Assembly: GCF_009914755.1 (NCBI RefSeq)
Contig: NC_060936.1
Direction: 5' to 3' (one strand)
Origin: the human T2T-CHM13v2.0 reference genome, Homo sapiens
DNA: 64,000 nt
Made by a program: the position numbers and the translations under genes. Numbering within the stretch: position 1 is the first letter of the stretch; every line of letters begins with the position of its first letter. Positions 1-16,733 of this stretch are shown piece by piece. The notes under the pieces were generated by a model. It ran no database searches. It worked only from the letters and a program-made list of their open reading frames with translations, and was not told the origin of the DNA.

Positions 1-3000
1 TTCAAAAGCTAGAAGAAGACAAGAAATAACTAAGATCAGAACAGAACTGAAGGAGATAGAGACACAAAAAACCCTTCAAAAAATCAATGAATCCAGGAGC
101 TGGTTTTTTAAAAAGATCAACAAAACAGATAGACTGCTAGCTAGACTAATAAAGAAGAAAAGAGAAAAGAATCAAACAGACAACATAAAAATTGATAAAG
201 AGGATATCACCACTGATTGCACAGAAATACAAACTACCATCAGAGAATACTATAAACACCTCTATGCAAATAAACTAGAAAATCTAGAAGAAATGGATAC
301 ATTCCTAGACACATAGACACCCTCAGGAAGAAGTTGAATCCCTGAATAGACCAATAACAAGTTCTGAAATTGAGGAAGTATTTAATAGCCTACCAACCAG
401 AAAAAGTCCAGGACCAGATGATTCACAGCCGAATTCTACCAGAGGTACAAAGAGGAGCTGGTACCATTCCTTCCGAAACTATTCCAAACATTAGAAAAAT
501 GGGACTCCTCCTTATCTCATTTCATGAGGCCAGCATCATCCTGATACTAAAACCTGGCAGCAACACAATAAAAAAAAAAATTTTAGGCCAAAATCCTTGA
601 TGAACATCAATGCGAAAATCCTCAATAAAATACTGGCAAACCGAATTCAGCAGCACATCAAAAAGTTTATCCACCACGATCAAGTCGACTTCATCCCTGG
701 GATGCAAGGCTGGTTCAAAATATACACAAATCAATAAATGTAATCCAGCATATAAACAGAACCAAAGACAAAAACCACATGATTATCTCAATAGATGTAG
801 AAAGGGCCTTTGATAAAATTCAACACCCCTTCATGCTAAAAACTCTCAATAAACTAGACATTGATGGAATGTATCTCAAAATAATAAGAGCTATTTATGA
901 CAAACCCACATCCAATATCATACTGAATGGGCAAAAACTGGAAACATTCCTTTTGAAAACTGCAACAAGACAAGGATGCCCTCACTCACCACTCCTATTC
1001 AACATAGTATTGGAAGTTCTGGCCAGGGCAATCAGGCAAGAGAAAGAAAGAAAGATATTTAAATAGGAAGATAGGAAGTCAAATTGTCTCTGATTGCAGA
1101 TGACATGACTGTATATTTAGAAAACCCCATCGTCTCCGCCGAAAATCTCCTTAAGCTGATAAGCAACTTAATCAAAGTCTCAGGATGCAAAATCAATGTG
1201 CAAAAATTACAAGTATTCCTATACACCAATCATAGGCAGAGAGCCAAATCATGAGTGAACTCCCATTCACAGTTGCTAAAAAGAGAATAAAATACCTAGG
1301 AATGCAACTTACAAGGGATGTGAAGGACCTCTTCAAGGAGAACTACAAACCACTGCTCGAGGAAATAAGAGAGGACACAAACAAATGTAAAAAGATTCCA
1401 TGCTCATTTATAGGAAGAATCAATATCATGAAAATGCCCATATGACCAAAGTCATTTATAGATTCAATGCTACTCCCATCAAGCTGCCATTGACTTTCTT
1501 CATAGAATTAAAAAAAAACTACTTTAAATTTTATACGGAACCAAAAAAGAGCCCGTATAGCCAAGACAATTCTAAGCAAAAAGAACAAAGCTGGAGGCAT
1601 CATGCTACCTAACTTTAAACTATACTACAAGGCTACAGTAACAAAAACAACATGAGACTGGTACAGAAACAGAGATATAGACCAATAGAACAGAACAGAG
1701 GCCTCAGAAATAGCACCACACATCTACAACCATCTGATCTTTGACAAACCTGACAAAAACAAGAAACAGGGAATGGATTCTCTATGTAATAAATGCTGCT
1801 GGGAAAACTGGCTAGCCATATGTAGAAAGCTGAAACTGGATCCCTTCCTTACACCTTGTACAAAAATTAACTCAAGATGGATTAAAGATTTAAATGTTAG
1901 ACCTAAAACCATAAAAACTCTAGAAGAAAACCTAGGCAATACCATTCAGCTCATAGGCATGGGCAAGGACTTCATGTCTAAAACACCAAAAGAAATGGCA
2001 ACAAAAGCCAAAATTGACAAATGGGATCTAATTAAACTAAAGAGCTTCTGCACAGCAAAAGAAACTACCATCAGAGTGAACAGGCAACCTACAGAATAGG
2101 AGAAAATTTTTGCAATCTACCCATCTGACAAAGGGCTAATATCCAGAATCTACAAAGAACTTAAACAAATTTACAAGAAAAAATCAAACAACCCCATCAA
2201 AAAGTGGGCAAAGGATATGAACAGACACTTTTCAAAAGAAGACATTTATGCAGCCAACAGACACATGAAAAAATGCTCATCATCACTGGTCATCAGAGAA
2301 ATGCAAATCAAAACCACAAGAAGATGCCATCTCACACCAGTTAGAATGGCGATCATTAAAAAGTCATGAAACAACAGATGCTGGAGAGGATGTGGAGAAA
2401 CAGGAATGCTTTTATACTGTTGGTGGGACTGTAAACTAGTTCAACCATTGTGGAAGACAGTGTGGCGATTCCTCAAGGATGTAGAACTAGAAATAACATT
2501 TGACCCAGTAATCCCATTACTGGGTATATACCCAAAAGTTTATAAATCATGCTACTATAAAGTCACATGCACACATATGTTTATTGCGGCACTATTCACA
2601 GTAGCAAAGACTTGGAACCAACCTAAATGTCCATCAGTGATAGACTGGATTAAGAAAATGTGGCACATATACACCACAGAATACTATGCAGCCATAAAAA
2701 TGATGAGTTCATGTCCTTTGCAGGGACATGAATGAAGTTGGAAACCATCATTCTCAGCATACTATCACAAGGATAGAACAACAAATACCGCATATTCTCA
2801 CTCATAGGTGGGAACTGAACAATGAGAACACTTGAACACAAGGTGGGGAACATCACACACCGGGGCCTGTCATGGGGTGGGGGCAGGGGGAGGCATAGCA
2901 TTAGGAGAAATACCTAATGTAAATGACGAGTTAATGGGTGCAGTAAACCAACTTGGCACATGTATACCTATGTAACAAACCTGCACATTGTGCACACGTA

Positions 3001-3034
3001 CCCTAGAATTTAAGGTATATATATATATATATAT
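1..3034 (+). mobile_element. LINE-1 (L1PA6/L1PA7-like), ORF2 3' two-thirds plus 3'UTR; cut by the window start; inactivated
   Basis: ORF fragments match L1 ORF2p ([18 protein letters not shown]..., [18 protein letters not shown]..., [16 protein letters not shown]). Many frameshifts and stops. G-rich 3'UTR ends in a (TA)n tail at 3016-3034. Confidence 0.95.
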
Positions 3035-3420
3035 AAAAGAAAATGTGGCACATATACACCATGGAATACTATGCAGCCATAAAAAAGGATGAGGTCATGT
3101 CCTTTGCAGTGTCATGCATAAAGGTGGAAACAATCATTCTCAGTAAACTAACACAGGAACAGAAAACCAAACACTACATGTTCTCACTCATAAGTGGGAG
3201 TTGAACAATGAGAACACATGGACACAGGGAGGGGAACATCACACACCAGGGCCTGTCAGGAGGTGGGGGCTAGGGGAGGGATGGCATTAGGAGAAATACC
3301 TAATGTAGATGACGAGTTGATGGGTGTAGCAAATCACCATGGCACATGTATGCCTATGTAACAAACCAGCATGTTCTCTACATATATCCCAGAACTTAAA
3401 GTATAATTAAAAAAAAAAAA
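3035..3420 (+). mobile_element. Second L1 3' end (L1PA7-like) with poly(A)
   Basis: Restarts at aagaaaatgtggcacatatacacc (also at 2652) and repeats the 3'UTR with different variants; ends aacttaaagtataatt-poly(A). Confidence 0.93.
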
Positions 3421-3479
3421 GAAGAAGTTGATCTTCAAGTAAGTAGAAGAAAATGTTATCTCTCCAAAGGAAGGTAAGA

Positions 3480-6400
<2,921 letters not shown>

Positions 6401-6564
6401 AGTGATGTTTGAGAACCAAGGTGATATTTAGATGAAAATAGGAGAAAGGTCTTGTTGGGACTGATAATGATATTGTGCTATGGATATAGGTGTATGAACA
6501 AGTAACTCAACTTTTAAAATCATCAACAAAATCTTGAGAAATAGGGTTTTACTGATTTATTAAC

Positions 6565-7030
6565 TGTGTGTCTTATCTTGGCTTCTTGGTAGCAAGCAAC
6601 AGAAATGAACTCTGGCTAATTTAACCAGAAAAATAATTTGCTGGAAGTATATGAAGGAGGCTGGAGAACCAGGTTCTGAAAATGAGCAAGTGCTACTGGA
6701 GGTTGGGTGGCAGGAACCATAAAACCTGATTGGATACTGTCTTGGGCACCACTACCAGGTGCCATGGCTGAGAGAAATCGCTGCCCTCAGTAATTTCTGG
6801 TTGCCACTGCTCTGAACGGAATGCTTTGCCTTACAACATTTGCTTGCAATTTAAGCTCCACTGGGAGCATCAGATCAGCTGAGCCCTAGCTTCTGGGAAT
6901 AGGAGAGCAAGTATTATGCTACTTTAATTTTTGAAGCACAAATTGACTAATACCAAGACTCAAGCAACAAGAACATTCTTTCAAATAGAAAGGGAAGTTT
7001 GGAAGTTGATCAGCCACTGTACTGGCAAAA
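6565..7030 (-). mobile_element. MaLR LTR (MLT1K/L-like)
   Basis: cttggtagcaagcaacagaaatgaactctggctaatttaa resembles the terminus of old MLT1 LTRs. Confidence 0.6.
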
Positions 7031-7259
7031 ATCTACTGCACCAGTTATAGAAGGGTTAACTCATTAGTCAAAGACACTAAGTAGTAGGTGATAAAACTGT
7101 CTTTCAAGTCTGTTCTCTTCTAGTGTATTGTGTTGCCTCATATATAAACGGATGATGATATAAGTCAAGCAAAAATATTGAAAAGCCTCTAAAAATCAAA
7201 ATGTTAGCACAAAAGCCAAACACAAATAGGCAACTGATGACCTCAAAGTTAGTTTTTAG

Positions 7260-7508
7260 TCCTCCCTTCCACTCCCTGTCACCCTAATTGCTTTCTCCAA
7301 TGAGATCTCATAACACTCATCTTACCTCTATAATGGCACATTCCACGTGATATTCTAGTGCTTATTTACACTTCTCTTATTTGTATTAGACTGCCAAATC
7401 TCAAGAACAGTTATCAACTATTATCTACTTGTGTGTAATAGAACTGGACACATGTTATGCACTCAGTGAAATTGTAGTGAATGCACTAGTTAATAAATGA
7501 ATGAAATG
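7260..7508 (+). mobile_element. L2 3' end
   Basis: ...gcactcagtgaaattgtagtgaatg...aaatgaatgaaatgaa tail. Confidence 0.6.
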
Positions 7509-8967
7509 AAAAATGTCTTATAGAAAACTGCCTGATTTATTAGGTCATCAAGCCATTAGGCTTTGAAGAGAGGGTTTAAAACGAGTTCATATATGACCCA
7601 GATGAGATCTCAAACCAAAAATAAAGAAAATCTTAGTGCTTTTTCTTCAGTTTAACCAAGAAAACAATTTGCCCTTTGCTCTCTGTCCGGGTAAATAAAT
7701 AGAAAGGCTAACAAGGACAGCTGCAAGGCATTTCAAGAGATACTGGAAGAGATCCTATCACTCGAGTTGTTGTGAAAATATGACTAGATGACCAGACAAG
7801 GCCTGGGTTGAGTGGGCTGGAAGCCAAAAGTCATAAAACAGGCAAATGATTTCTCAATAGTTGATTCACACAGACTCTCTGTACAAAGTAATTTTTTTTT
7901 TTATCAAGGGCATCATACAGCCTTCAGTTATTTGAAAACCTGCCATAACTCTAAAATTTAGATATGTTCAAACAATCTGCCATGCATTAAGTAACTAGGT
8001 CAATGATACTTGGATGGAAACTTACATACTTAAAGAAATGTCAGACTTTTCTCCCCTGTAAATTTTCTTCCTACCTGAGGTGAAAAGAAATTTTGATTTA
8101 GAAGTAGAAAGAAAATTTTCAACCAAGCCCAGTCAGATAATTATTTTTTGGGATTAGAATTACTACTTTAAACAAAAAATGTGTTCTTATAAGCATCACA
8201 TAAAATATACAGGGGACAGTTTCCTTATTTGTCAAGAACACTTCTAATAGAATTACACTCAATGAAAATACTGGCAAAATACTAAAATAAGACAAGCATA
8301 AACCAGAGCAGGGCTGTCCATTACCAAGCATTGTAAAGTGCCAAAAAATTATTTCTAACCCTAGACTTAATTTTACAATATAATGAGGAAAAAATATCGA
8401 AAGGGAAGATATTAATGGCAAAGTTTCCTTTCCTCCTGTCTACTTTCATTCAAGTCAGAATTTAACAAACACTATGTCTTTACTTTTAGAAATATGATTA
8501 ATTAGTATTTTAAGATCTACTTTGACTCATAAAAGCAGAGTAATGAAAGAGTGTAGGCAATTTACTATGTTGGGCTCAGAACACTCTTGTTTCATTATTC
8601 TTATGTACCCTTTCATTTCTGAATTTGAAAAAAAGTTGTACATACTGTCTATGGCACTTAGCCAATTTAGGTCCTGTTTTACTTGTGGAAGGTTCACAGA
8701 AAGCATTTGGTCATAAAAGATGGAGAAGGGTTAGTTATTAGTGAAGTGATGCTGCTCTGCTTTATAAAGTGGTCTATAATGAGAGGATTCTTATGCTATG
8801 CTTTTTGATTAAATAAAACTGGTATTCTCCCAGCTCAAATTTCTTCCATCTATCCATCTACTCATAAATTTATTCCCCCTTTATCTTTCTGTCCAACAGA
8901 TATTTATTGGACTTTGATTATGTGCAAGAGATTACACACAGTGAGGGGCACAAAAGAGGATTGTGCC

Positions 8968-9200
8968 GGGGAGGCAGCACACTGTGGGACCACAGGCATG
9001 AGCTCGGGAGCAAAGTGCCTGCATTCACATCCTCAGTAGCCATGCAACCTTCAGCAATTTAGTTTCTCTGTGCTTCAGTTATTCATCCACAAAATAATAA
9101 ATCATAGGTTACAAAAATGAAATAGGTTCATGTACTTCAATGCTCTTATAAGAGTACCAAGCATATGGGAAGCCCCCCATATGCACTCGTCATCATTACC
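8968..9200 (+). mobile_element. MIR SINE
   Basis: Core tttctctgtgcttcagttattcatccacaaaat with 5' and 3' remnants. Confidence 0.7.
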
Positions 9201-9989
9201 TGAAGACCCTATATAGTTTGCCAGAGTTTCTCCCTTTAGGAACAGAAGGATAATTTTCCAACTCTAGCAAAGAGGTTCATTTCAAGGGTAGATTAATGTC
9301 AAGGAGTCAACATAATGAACTAGAGCCTTTACCACACTTCTTACAGTCTAGGAGGAGCCTTCCAACTTGGAGTCTCAGTCTTCTGATTTCTGATTCGGTT
9401 CTGACCAATGCATCAAAAAGAGAGATCTCGAAGCAGTCTACCCAATCTCTGCCTGGTGCATGTCACAGAAAGGTATCCACCTGCAAGTTGGCACAGTAAA
9501 CATGGCTGGACTTCTGCCTTGGTTTTCTGGTGAGCAGTCTTTCTCACAGGAATAGCGGCTCTAGTCTGAACCTCAATTAGGCTGATTCTTCATTCAAATT
9601 TTGCTAGCTCTCTGCCCTGGGAAGGTTGAATTCTATTACTTATGCCTTCAGCCTCAGACCAGGTTCTGCTGTAAATACAGCCCTGAAATTACTGGCTTCA
9701 GCTATTCCTGCTGAGAAATTTCTCCCATTTTCATGGTCCACACACTGGATTAGAGCCAAGTCAATGCCCCTTTGGAGACTGTGAACTAAACTTCCAGCAA
9801 CATTCTTCAAGAAGCATTCCTGCAAGCTGAGTTAGTTTCCTCAGCCTTGGTCTCAGGACTATTGAGCTATGATAATCTCCTGCACATGTACACCCAAACC
9901 ACATTACAATGGACTTTTAAAAACAGAAAAAAGTCATGTTGGGTTGAAATTCTTTGATACTTCAGAAATTAAATGGATAAGTTATTTAA

Positions 9990-10960
9990 TATGCCACATG
10001 ACAGAGTATAGATTTGGAAAGTTCTCCATGACTAGCTCAATGGATTAAATCTAACAAATAGAATTTAATAAGGGTTTTGAATATCTGGTCTTGCACTTGA
10101 GTACTAAAAATTCAAGTACAGGATTAAAGAGGTGCCTTTTAACAACATGTATAAGCAATTTAATTTTTTTCTGCTAATAAGTTTAATTCTAGTCTGGAGT
10201 GTGACTACATGGTAGACTGAATAATAGCCCCCAAAAATATCCAGGTGTTAATCCTAGAACCTATGAATATGATCTTATATGGTTAATTAATAAGGACTTT
10301 AAAGGCTTATGATTAAATTAAGGATCTTGAGATGGGAGATAATCGTTGCTTATTCTGGTGGGCCTTAAATTTAATTATTATGAGAAGAATCCTTATAAGA
10401 AAGAGGCAGAGAGCGACTTGAAGAGGAAAAATGTGAAGTGATAAGAAGAGCAGGGGGAAAAAAGGCAATGTGATGTGAGGAAGGGGTCATCCAGAAGGAA
10501 TGCAGGTGGCATCCAGAAGCTAAAAAAGACAAGGAAACAGGTTCCCCCTAGAGCCTCAGAAGGAACTAACCCTGCCAACACCTTGATGAGTTAGACTCAT
10601 TTTTAATTTCCAGAGATGCAAGAGAATACATTTGTATTGTTTTAAGCATTATGTTTGTGGTCATTTGTTACAGTAGCCACAGAACACTAAGATAGACTCA
10701 AACTCCATTCCAGTTAGACTACATCTGAATTTACAAATTCTATTCGGTTGTTGCATATCAAGAAGAATGTGAGTATTTTGGAGGTCCATCCTAGTTATAA
10801 GGAAACTTCAAACCGTATCATGAGAGAAATGTTGAAAATAACTGTTTCTACTGAAGAAACAGTAAAGGCTCTAGATTTCAAATATTTTGAGAGTCATTAT
10901 GTGTAACAGGAATTAGACTTGTTCTGAATGTTCCTAAAGAATGGAATGAGTGTCAAAGTT
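9990..10960 (+). mobile_element. L3/CR1 remnant split by MLT1D
   Basis: CR1-like motifs (aatttaataagg...tcttgcacttg; ttcaaatattttgagag...ggaattagacttgttc) on both sides of the LTR. Confidence 0.55.
10210..10695 (+). mobile_element. MLT1D-like solo LTR (ERVL-MaLR)
   Basis: tggtagactgaataatagcccccaaa...tttgtggtcatttgttacagtagccacagaacactaagata. Confidence 0.85.
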
Positions 10961-11138
10961 TGTAAATTTACATTTATTTGCACGATTACTTGTTTTATAT
11001 GTTTCCCCTCCGCTGGTGTCTAAGCTTCCTGATGGCAAAAGTTAGATTTGGTCACCAATTTATCCCCAGTGCCTAACATGCATAAGAGCCACTTATATAA
11101 TGGTTAACAGACTGAGAGAAATTTTTTTTATTCTCTAG

Positions 11139-11615
11139 TGTAGGAGTTAGGGTACAAAATAAGTTGTTATAACAAAGGGAATCAAATAACAGTGGCTTTA
11201 ATAGGATAGAGATTTATTTCCTTTTCCCAAATGTTCAAAGCGGAGATGAGATTCCCAGGCTAGAAGGGCCTCTGATGTACACCCAGGAACCCAGATTTCT
11301 TCTGCGTTGCTGCTCTGCCATGTCGTAGGGCATTGTTCTTGCATATGTGGTTGATGCCAGCTCACTCCATGTCAACATTCTAGTCAGTAGGAAGGATAAA
11401 GTGGTAGGCAACTATCTTATCAAGAAGATAGCCTAGAAATTGCACACAACACTTCCATTTGCATGTCACGGGCACAAATGTAGTTACATTTTCACACCCA
11501 GCTACAAGGAGTGCTCTGAAATATATTCTGTAAGATTGTTGGGCATGGGCCCAGTTAAAATACAGGGGAGTCTATTGTTAAAAGGAAAAAGGGAAGACTG
11601 AATATTAAGGAACAG
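11139..11615 (-). mobile_element. MLT1J-like LTR
   Basis: aaataacagtggctttaataggatagagatttatttc...cacacccagctacaaggag. Confidence 0.7.
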
Positions 11616-12141
11616 TCAGCAGTCTTTTCTTCAACCTGGAAGCAGTACATTAAAATTAAAAAATAAGATTTCTATCCTTTTCTTCATTTATTCTAGGTTC
11701 TCCTTCCCTTTCCCTAAATGTTTTTCTCCTTTCCTTTTCAAACAGTTCCTAGGCAGATAATATGTAGGTGATTTATAGGCTAATTTTATTTGCAAATTCT
11801 TATTGTTCTTAAATAAAACCAGACCTGATATTTATCATTTCTATTACAGTAATTAAAAATATATATGCTAAACTGATTGCCACCATTAAATGTATTTAAA
11901 CCATGTAAATTACTATAATGAATTTATATTATTTTTAATATTTTACATTGCTAATCTAGGTTCATTGGCACATTTTTACAATAGCAATTCTATTCCGTTG
12001 CATGCAAAGTTGTTGTTCAGAGGTGCAAAGTTCTATTAAACCATTTAACTTATCACTTTATTAATGAACAGACTTGGTGATGAACTATCAGACACTCTAA
12101 TAGGCAACAATTATCATTGAAAACTTTTATAATTTATCTAC

Positions 12142-12501
12142 TGTAGTAGTTCATTCTCATGCTGCTATGAAGAAAAACCCAAGACTGGGTAATTTATACA
12201 GAAAAGAGGTTTAATTGACTCACAGTTCTGCATGGCTGGGGAGGCCTCAGGAAACTTACAATCATGGTGGAAAGCACCTCTTCTCAGGGTGGCAGGAGAG
12301 AGAGCGAGGGCCAAGTGAAGGGTAAAGCCCCTTATAAAACCATAAGTTTTTATAGATAGTGAGAACTTACTATCACCAGAACAGCATGGGAGAAATGGCC
12401 CCTGTGATTTAATTATCTCCACCTGGTCCCACCCTTGACAAATGGAGATTATTACAATTCAAGGTGAGATTTGGGTGGGGATACAGAGCCAAACCATATA
12501 A
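12142..12501 (-). mobile_element. THE1 (THE1D-like) solo LTR
   Basis: Typical THE1/MST sequence; 5-bp TSD tctac at 12137-12141 and 12502-12506. Confidence 0.9.
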
Positions 12502-12949
12502 TCTACTAATAATTTATGAAAAATAAGGTGGAGATGATGAGCAGAGGTATAGTGGATAAATGTGAGTGATCTGCTTTTTGAAGAATTCTGTATTTTGAAC
12601 TTTTAGAGAAATTGTTTTATACATTTACATTGCAGTAGCAAATTCAGAATCTCCCTACAGTTAAATTTTTCAGTTCTACCTTCAAAATATACCCAATATA
12701 TCCTTTGACTATGTCCACTATGATAGGACTTCCATATCCTAGTCCATGTCACAATCGTCTTTGTCCTGGGCTGTTAGAGACCTTCTATCTGGTCTCCCTG
12801 CTTCCATCCCCTTCTCCTTACTGTCTGTTATCCACACAGTAGCCAAAGTGATTATTTAAAAATCTAAGTTAGACAAAGTCCCTCCAAAATCTTCCCATTC
12901 TTGCTTAAAATAAAATCTAAAGTCCTTACTATGGTCTGCAAAGCCCCAT

Positions 12950-13483
12950 TGTATTAGTTATGGATTGCTACATAAGAAATTATCCCCCATACTTACTGCC
13001 TTTAAATAATAATAACCATTTATTATCTCACACAGTTTCTGTGTGTCAGGAATTTTGGAGAAACTTAGCTGGGTGGGTCTCACTCAGAGTCTCTCATGGG
13101 TTGCAGTTAAGACGTTAGCTGGGGCTGCGGTCACTTGAAGCTCACTCACACTGCTGGCAAGTTAGTGCCAGGAGGTTGTGTGCCAGCTCACTCATGTGGC
13201 TGGCAAGTTAAAGTGGGCTGTTGGCAAGAGGCCTCAGTCCCTTGCTACATGGACCTCTCCTTAAGACTGACTGTCCTTACAACATGACAGTGGACTTACC
13301 GCAGAGCAAGTGATTCAACAATGAGCAAGGTGGAAGTCTCAATGTCTTATATTGGAAGTCATACATCATGATTTCCATGATATCCTATTGGTTACATAGG
13401 TCACTCTACTCAGTGTGGGAAGGGTAGTACCAGGGTGTGGTTATAAGAGGTGGGTATTAGTGGGGACCATCCTGGAGGCTACC
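12950..13483 (-). mobile_element. MLT1H/F-like LTR
   Basis: tgtattagtta...ccatttattatctcacacagtttctgtgtgtcaggaatt...ggggaccatcctggaggctacc. Confidence 0.8.
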
Positions 13484-13656
13484 TTCTGCTTTCATCTCTC
13501 ATCTTTCTCCTCCTTTCTCTACTTCCAACACTACCTCTTTGCTCTTTCTCAAACATGTTATGTGCATTTTTGCCTCAGGTCTTGCAGTAAACTGTTTAAG
13601 CCACTGTGATAACTCCACAGATGTCTACATGGCTCCCTCCTTCACTTTATCTAGGC

Positions 13657-13878
13657 CAAGCTTGTCCAACCCATGGCCTGCAGGCTGCATATGACCCAGG
13701 ACAGCTTTAAATAACAGCCCAACACAAATTCTTACACTTTCTTAAAACATTATGAGTTTTTTTGTGATTGTTTTTTTTAGCTCATCAGCTATCACTAGTG
13801 TTAGTGTATTTGTGTGGTCCAAGACAATTCTTCTTCTTCCAATGTGGCCCAGGAAAGCTAAAAGATTGAACACCCCTG
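13657..13878. mobile_element. MER30 (hAT-Charlie, non-autonomous)
   Basis: caagcttgtccaacc...aaagattgaacacccctg, flanked by tctag-containing hAT-type target sites. Confidence 0.88.
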
Positions 13879-14076
13879 ATTCTAGACTTTTGCTCACATA
13901 TTAACCTTATTACAGGAAACTTTTCTGATCATTCCTCCATTTAAATAGTGTCACAAGCCATTCCTAACTTGCTTTATTTTTCTTGATAAAACTTTACCAC
14001 CCAACATGAAGCAAAGAACAGAACATAATGAAACAAAGAATATGCTGGGAGATAATGTAAAATGAAAAGGGAGACT

Positions 14077-14300
14077 TTTCCCCCCAACTTTTATTTTAAG
14101 TAAAGAGGATCCATGTGCAGATTTGTTACATGTGTGTTGCTGGGGCTTGGTATACAAATTATTTCATCACACAGGTAATGGTGATGAAACGGTGATCAGG
14201 TACCAACTTTTCTGGTACCCAATAGGTAGTGTTTCAATCCTCATCCTCCCCTCAACCTCCACCCTAAAGTAGGTGTCTATTGTTCCCTTCTTTGTGTCTT
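14077..14300 (-). mobile_element. L1 3' end fragment (L1PA15/16- or L1PB-like)
   Basis: caacttttattttaag...catgtgcagatttgttacatg...cccaataggtag is antisense L1 3'UTR. Confidence 0.8.
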
Positions 14301-16007
14301 TCCCTCTAAAAAGAGGGACTTGGGACACTGCTGTATCCCAGTGCCTACAACAGTTCTTGCATATAATAATTGCTCACTAGGTATTTTTGAATGAATAAAT
14401 GATGAATTAATTCTATATAGTATCCAAATTAATTTCAAATGATATAAAATCAGAAAGGGCATTCTCTAAATTCGTTCTTGACCCAGGCATGGTGAGTATT
14501 GCCTAGTTTAATAATATAGATTAAAAACTTCTATCAAATCACTAAATAAATCTAAAAAAGTCACAACCTAGGATAAGGAAAATTAAATACAAGTCTATGC
14601 AGGAAATATAGTAGAACAAGAAGAATCATATATGTTTGATTTGTGTCCATATCATTTCTTTTTTATGTAAGATTAGGATTGCTACTTTTATTGAATTATT
14701 TAAATAGATTTGGGGAATTATTCACAATGAAACAGTGAAAAAAATAGAAAATTTCGGATTATGTGCAATATCTTATAGAGCATAGAAGATGTTTAATTCT
14801 CCCATAATTTCACAATTATATTGAAAATGATTTGTATAATTATGATAAAGAAAATATCTGGACAGAATCTAAGGGCTTCTATGCATGGGGCAAGAGAACT
14901 GAGCACACATCACCTGCATCATTAATGGAGCTTGGTTGTTTAAGGAAGTTACAAAATTTGCCCTTCTGATTAAACCTTTAGTTCAGTCTCTCAAGTTTTA
15001 CATAAGAAAGTTTGTGCATGATCTAAGTGAGTTTACATTGGTTCAAAAGGAAAATGTCCCTGAAGAAATACTGAAACTACATATGCATGTTTTCTTTCTC
15101 TATATAAATTAAAACTATTGAGAAGATTGAAGTAATTACATTTGTTTCCCCTGATCTTCTAAACCTAATTTTAGTCTGAAGAACACTTGAAATGATCTTG
15201 AACATTATACTATCCTTGGGAGAGAACTAATTGAGGTGTTTGGAAACCTGCTTAGTTTATAAAACATTAGGTTCCACAGTCATGTGTCTCATTTTCACAA
15301 CCCTTGATTTCACCTGTTCATAACAGACTTCTTGGGGCCTATTTAAGGCAAAATGAATATAAAAAATTACTTTCTATGACATAATTAACTTGAAATAACT
15401 ATCTTATGTTCCCTTCTAAAAAAATGTTGTGCCACTAGCTAATGTATCTTTAGATATCATAGCAATTTCATCCTGAAGAGGCTGTCTACTTAGCATGGAG
15501 GTGGTCGAAATGATATTTATCTACACCAGGCACAGAAGTTGTATTTTCTCCTCAGAAAAGTTAAAAGAAAAAAAGAAAAAGAAAAAGAAGAACAATAGGG
15601 AAGAAGAATGAATGAGAATTCTAGTTAATAAGAAAAAGTCCATAGGAATTATATAAGTCTAGTCCATCTTAGATAGACTTAATTTTAAAGTCATTTACTT
15701 ATGAATTTTAAAAGAACCTCACTGAAAAGGCAGTCACTTCCATAAGGTGAAACTTTGCCAAAAAACTCCAAGGACTTGGTTAGAATCAAACTACAAAATG
15801 TATCATCGTGCTCTTAGTTCCTGTTTTTATGTCTTTTTTTAGAAATATTTCTCCCTTATATTCCCTATTTAAGGCCTTATGGAAAGTACTATCACAAATA
15901 GTAGCAGAAATAATAAGGGAGTTACAAACACCCTCTTTATTCAAGGTATTTTGTAGGCAAAATAATGTATTATCATTAATATTATTATTGAATTTTGTGT
16001 ATTATTA

Positions 16008-16381
16008 TGCTATGGTCTGAATGTTTGTGCTCCCCCTCCATTCATATGTTAAAACCTAATTACTGATGTGATTTGGAGATGGAGCCTTTGGAAGATGATT
16101 AGGTCATGAGGGCAGAACCCTCATGAACGGGATGGGTGCCCTTATAAAAGCAGCCTTGGAGAGTAGCCTTGGAGAGCTTCCTTGCCTCCTCTATCATGTG
16201 AGGACACAGCAAGAACACGGCCATCTATGAACCAGGAAACAGCCCCTCACCAGATCCTGATTCTGCTCATACCTTGATCTTGGATTTCCCAGCCTTCAGA
16301 ACTTTGAGAAATAAATATCTGTTGTTTATAAACTATCCTGTTTATGGCATTTTATTATAGCAGGGCAAGTGGACTAAGATA
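16008..16381 (+). mobile_element. MLT1A/MSTD-like solo LTR
   Basis: tgctatggtctgaatgtttgtg...ggactaagata termini. Confidence 0.88.
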
Positions 16382-16733
16382 CATTGTTTTTGGTAGTGCA
16401 TGTAAAATAACTGAGAAATAGCAAGTGTCTCTCCAGATCTCTAGTATAGGTGATAATTCAGCAAAATTAAATAGAAATTATCTTTTAATAATTGTATAGG
16501 TTATTTTATAAGGTCTTTATAAACTTAAAAACAAAAGGTCTTTAAAACAGAAGCACAAATCTTTGTAATAATTATATTAATAGTACTAAGTTTAAAAATA
16601 ATCTAGAAGATGCAATAACTGTTATTAGTGGCAATAATTGCTATCATCATTATCTATGATGAATATTTATAGAATGTTCACTGAACGTAGAGAATTTTGC
16701 TTATTAAAGATTAACTTATCATTGAGTCATTTG

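Larger units (their letters stand above)
12660..14405 (+). mobile_element. L2 3' region interrupted by MLT1, MER30 and L1
   Basis: L2 motifs (ctggtctccctgcttcc, cacagtagccaaagtgat, tgtatcccagtgcct...tgaatgaataaatg) resume after each insertion. Confidence 0.75.
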
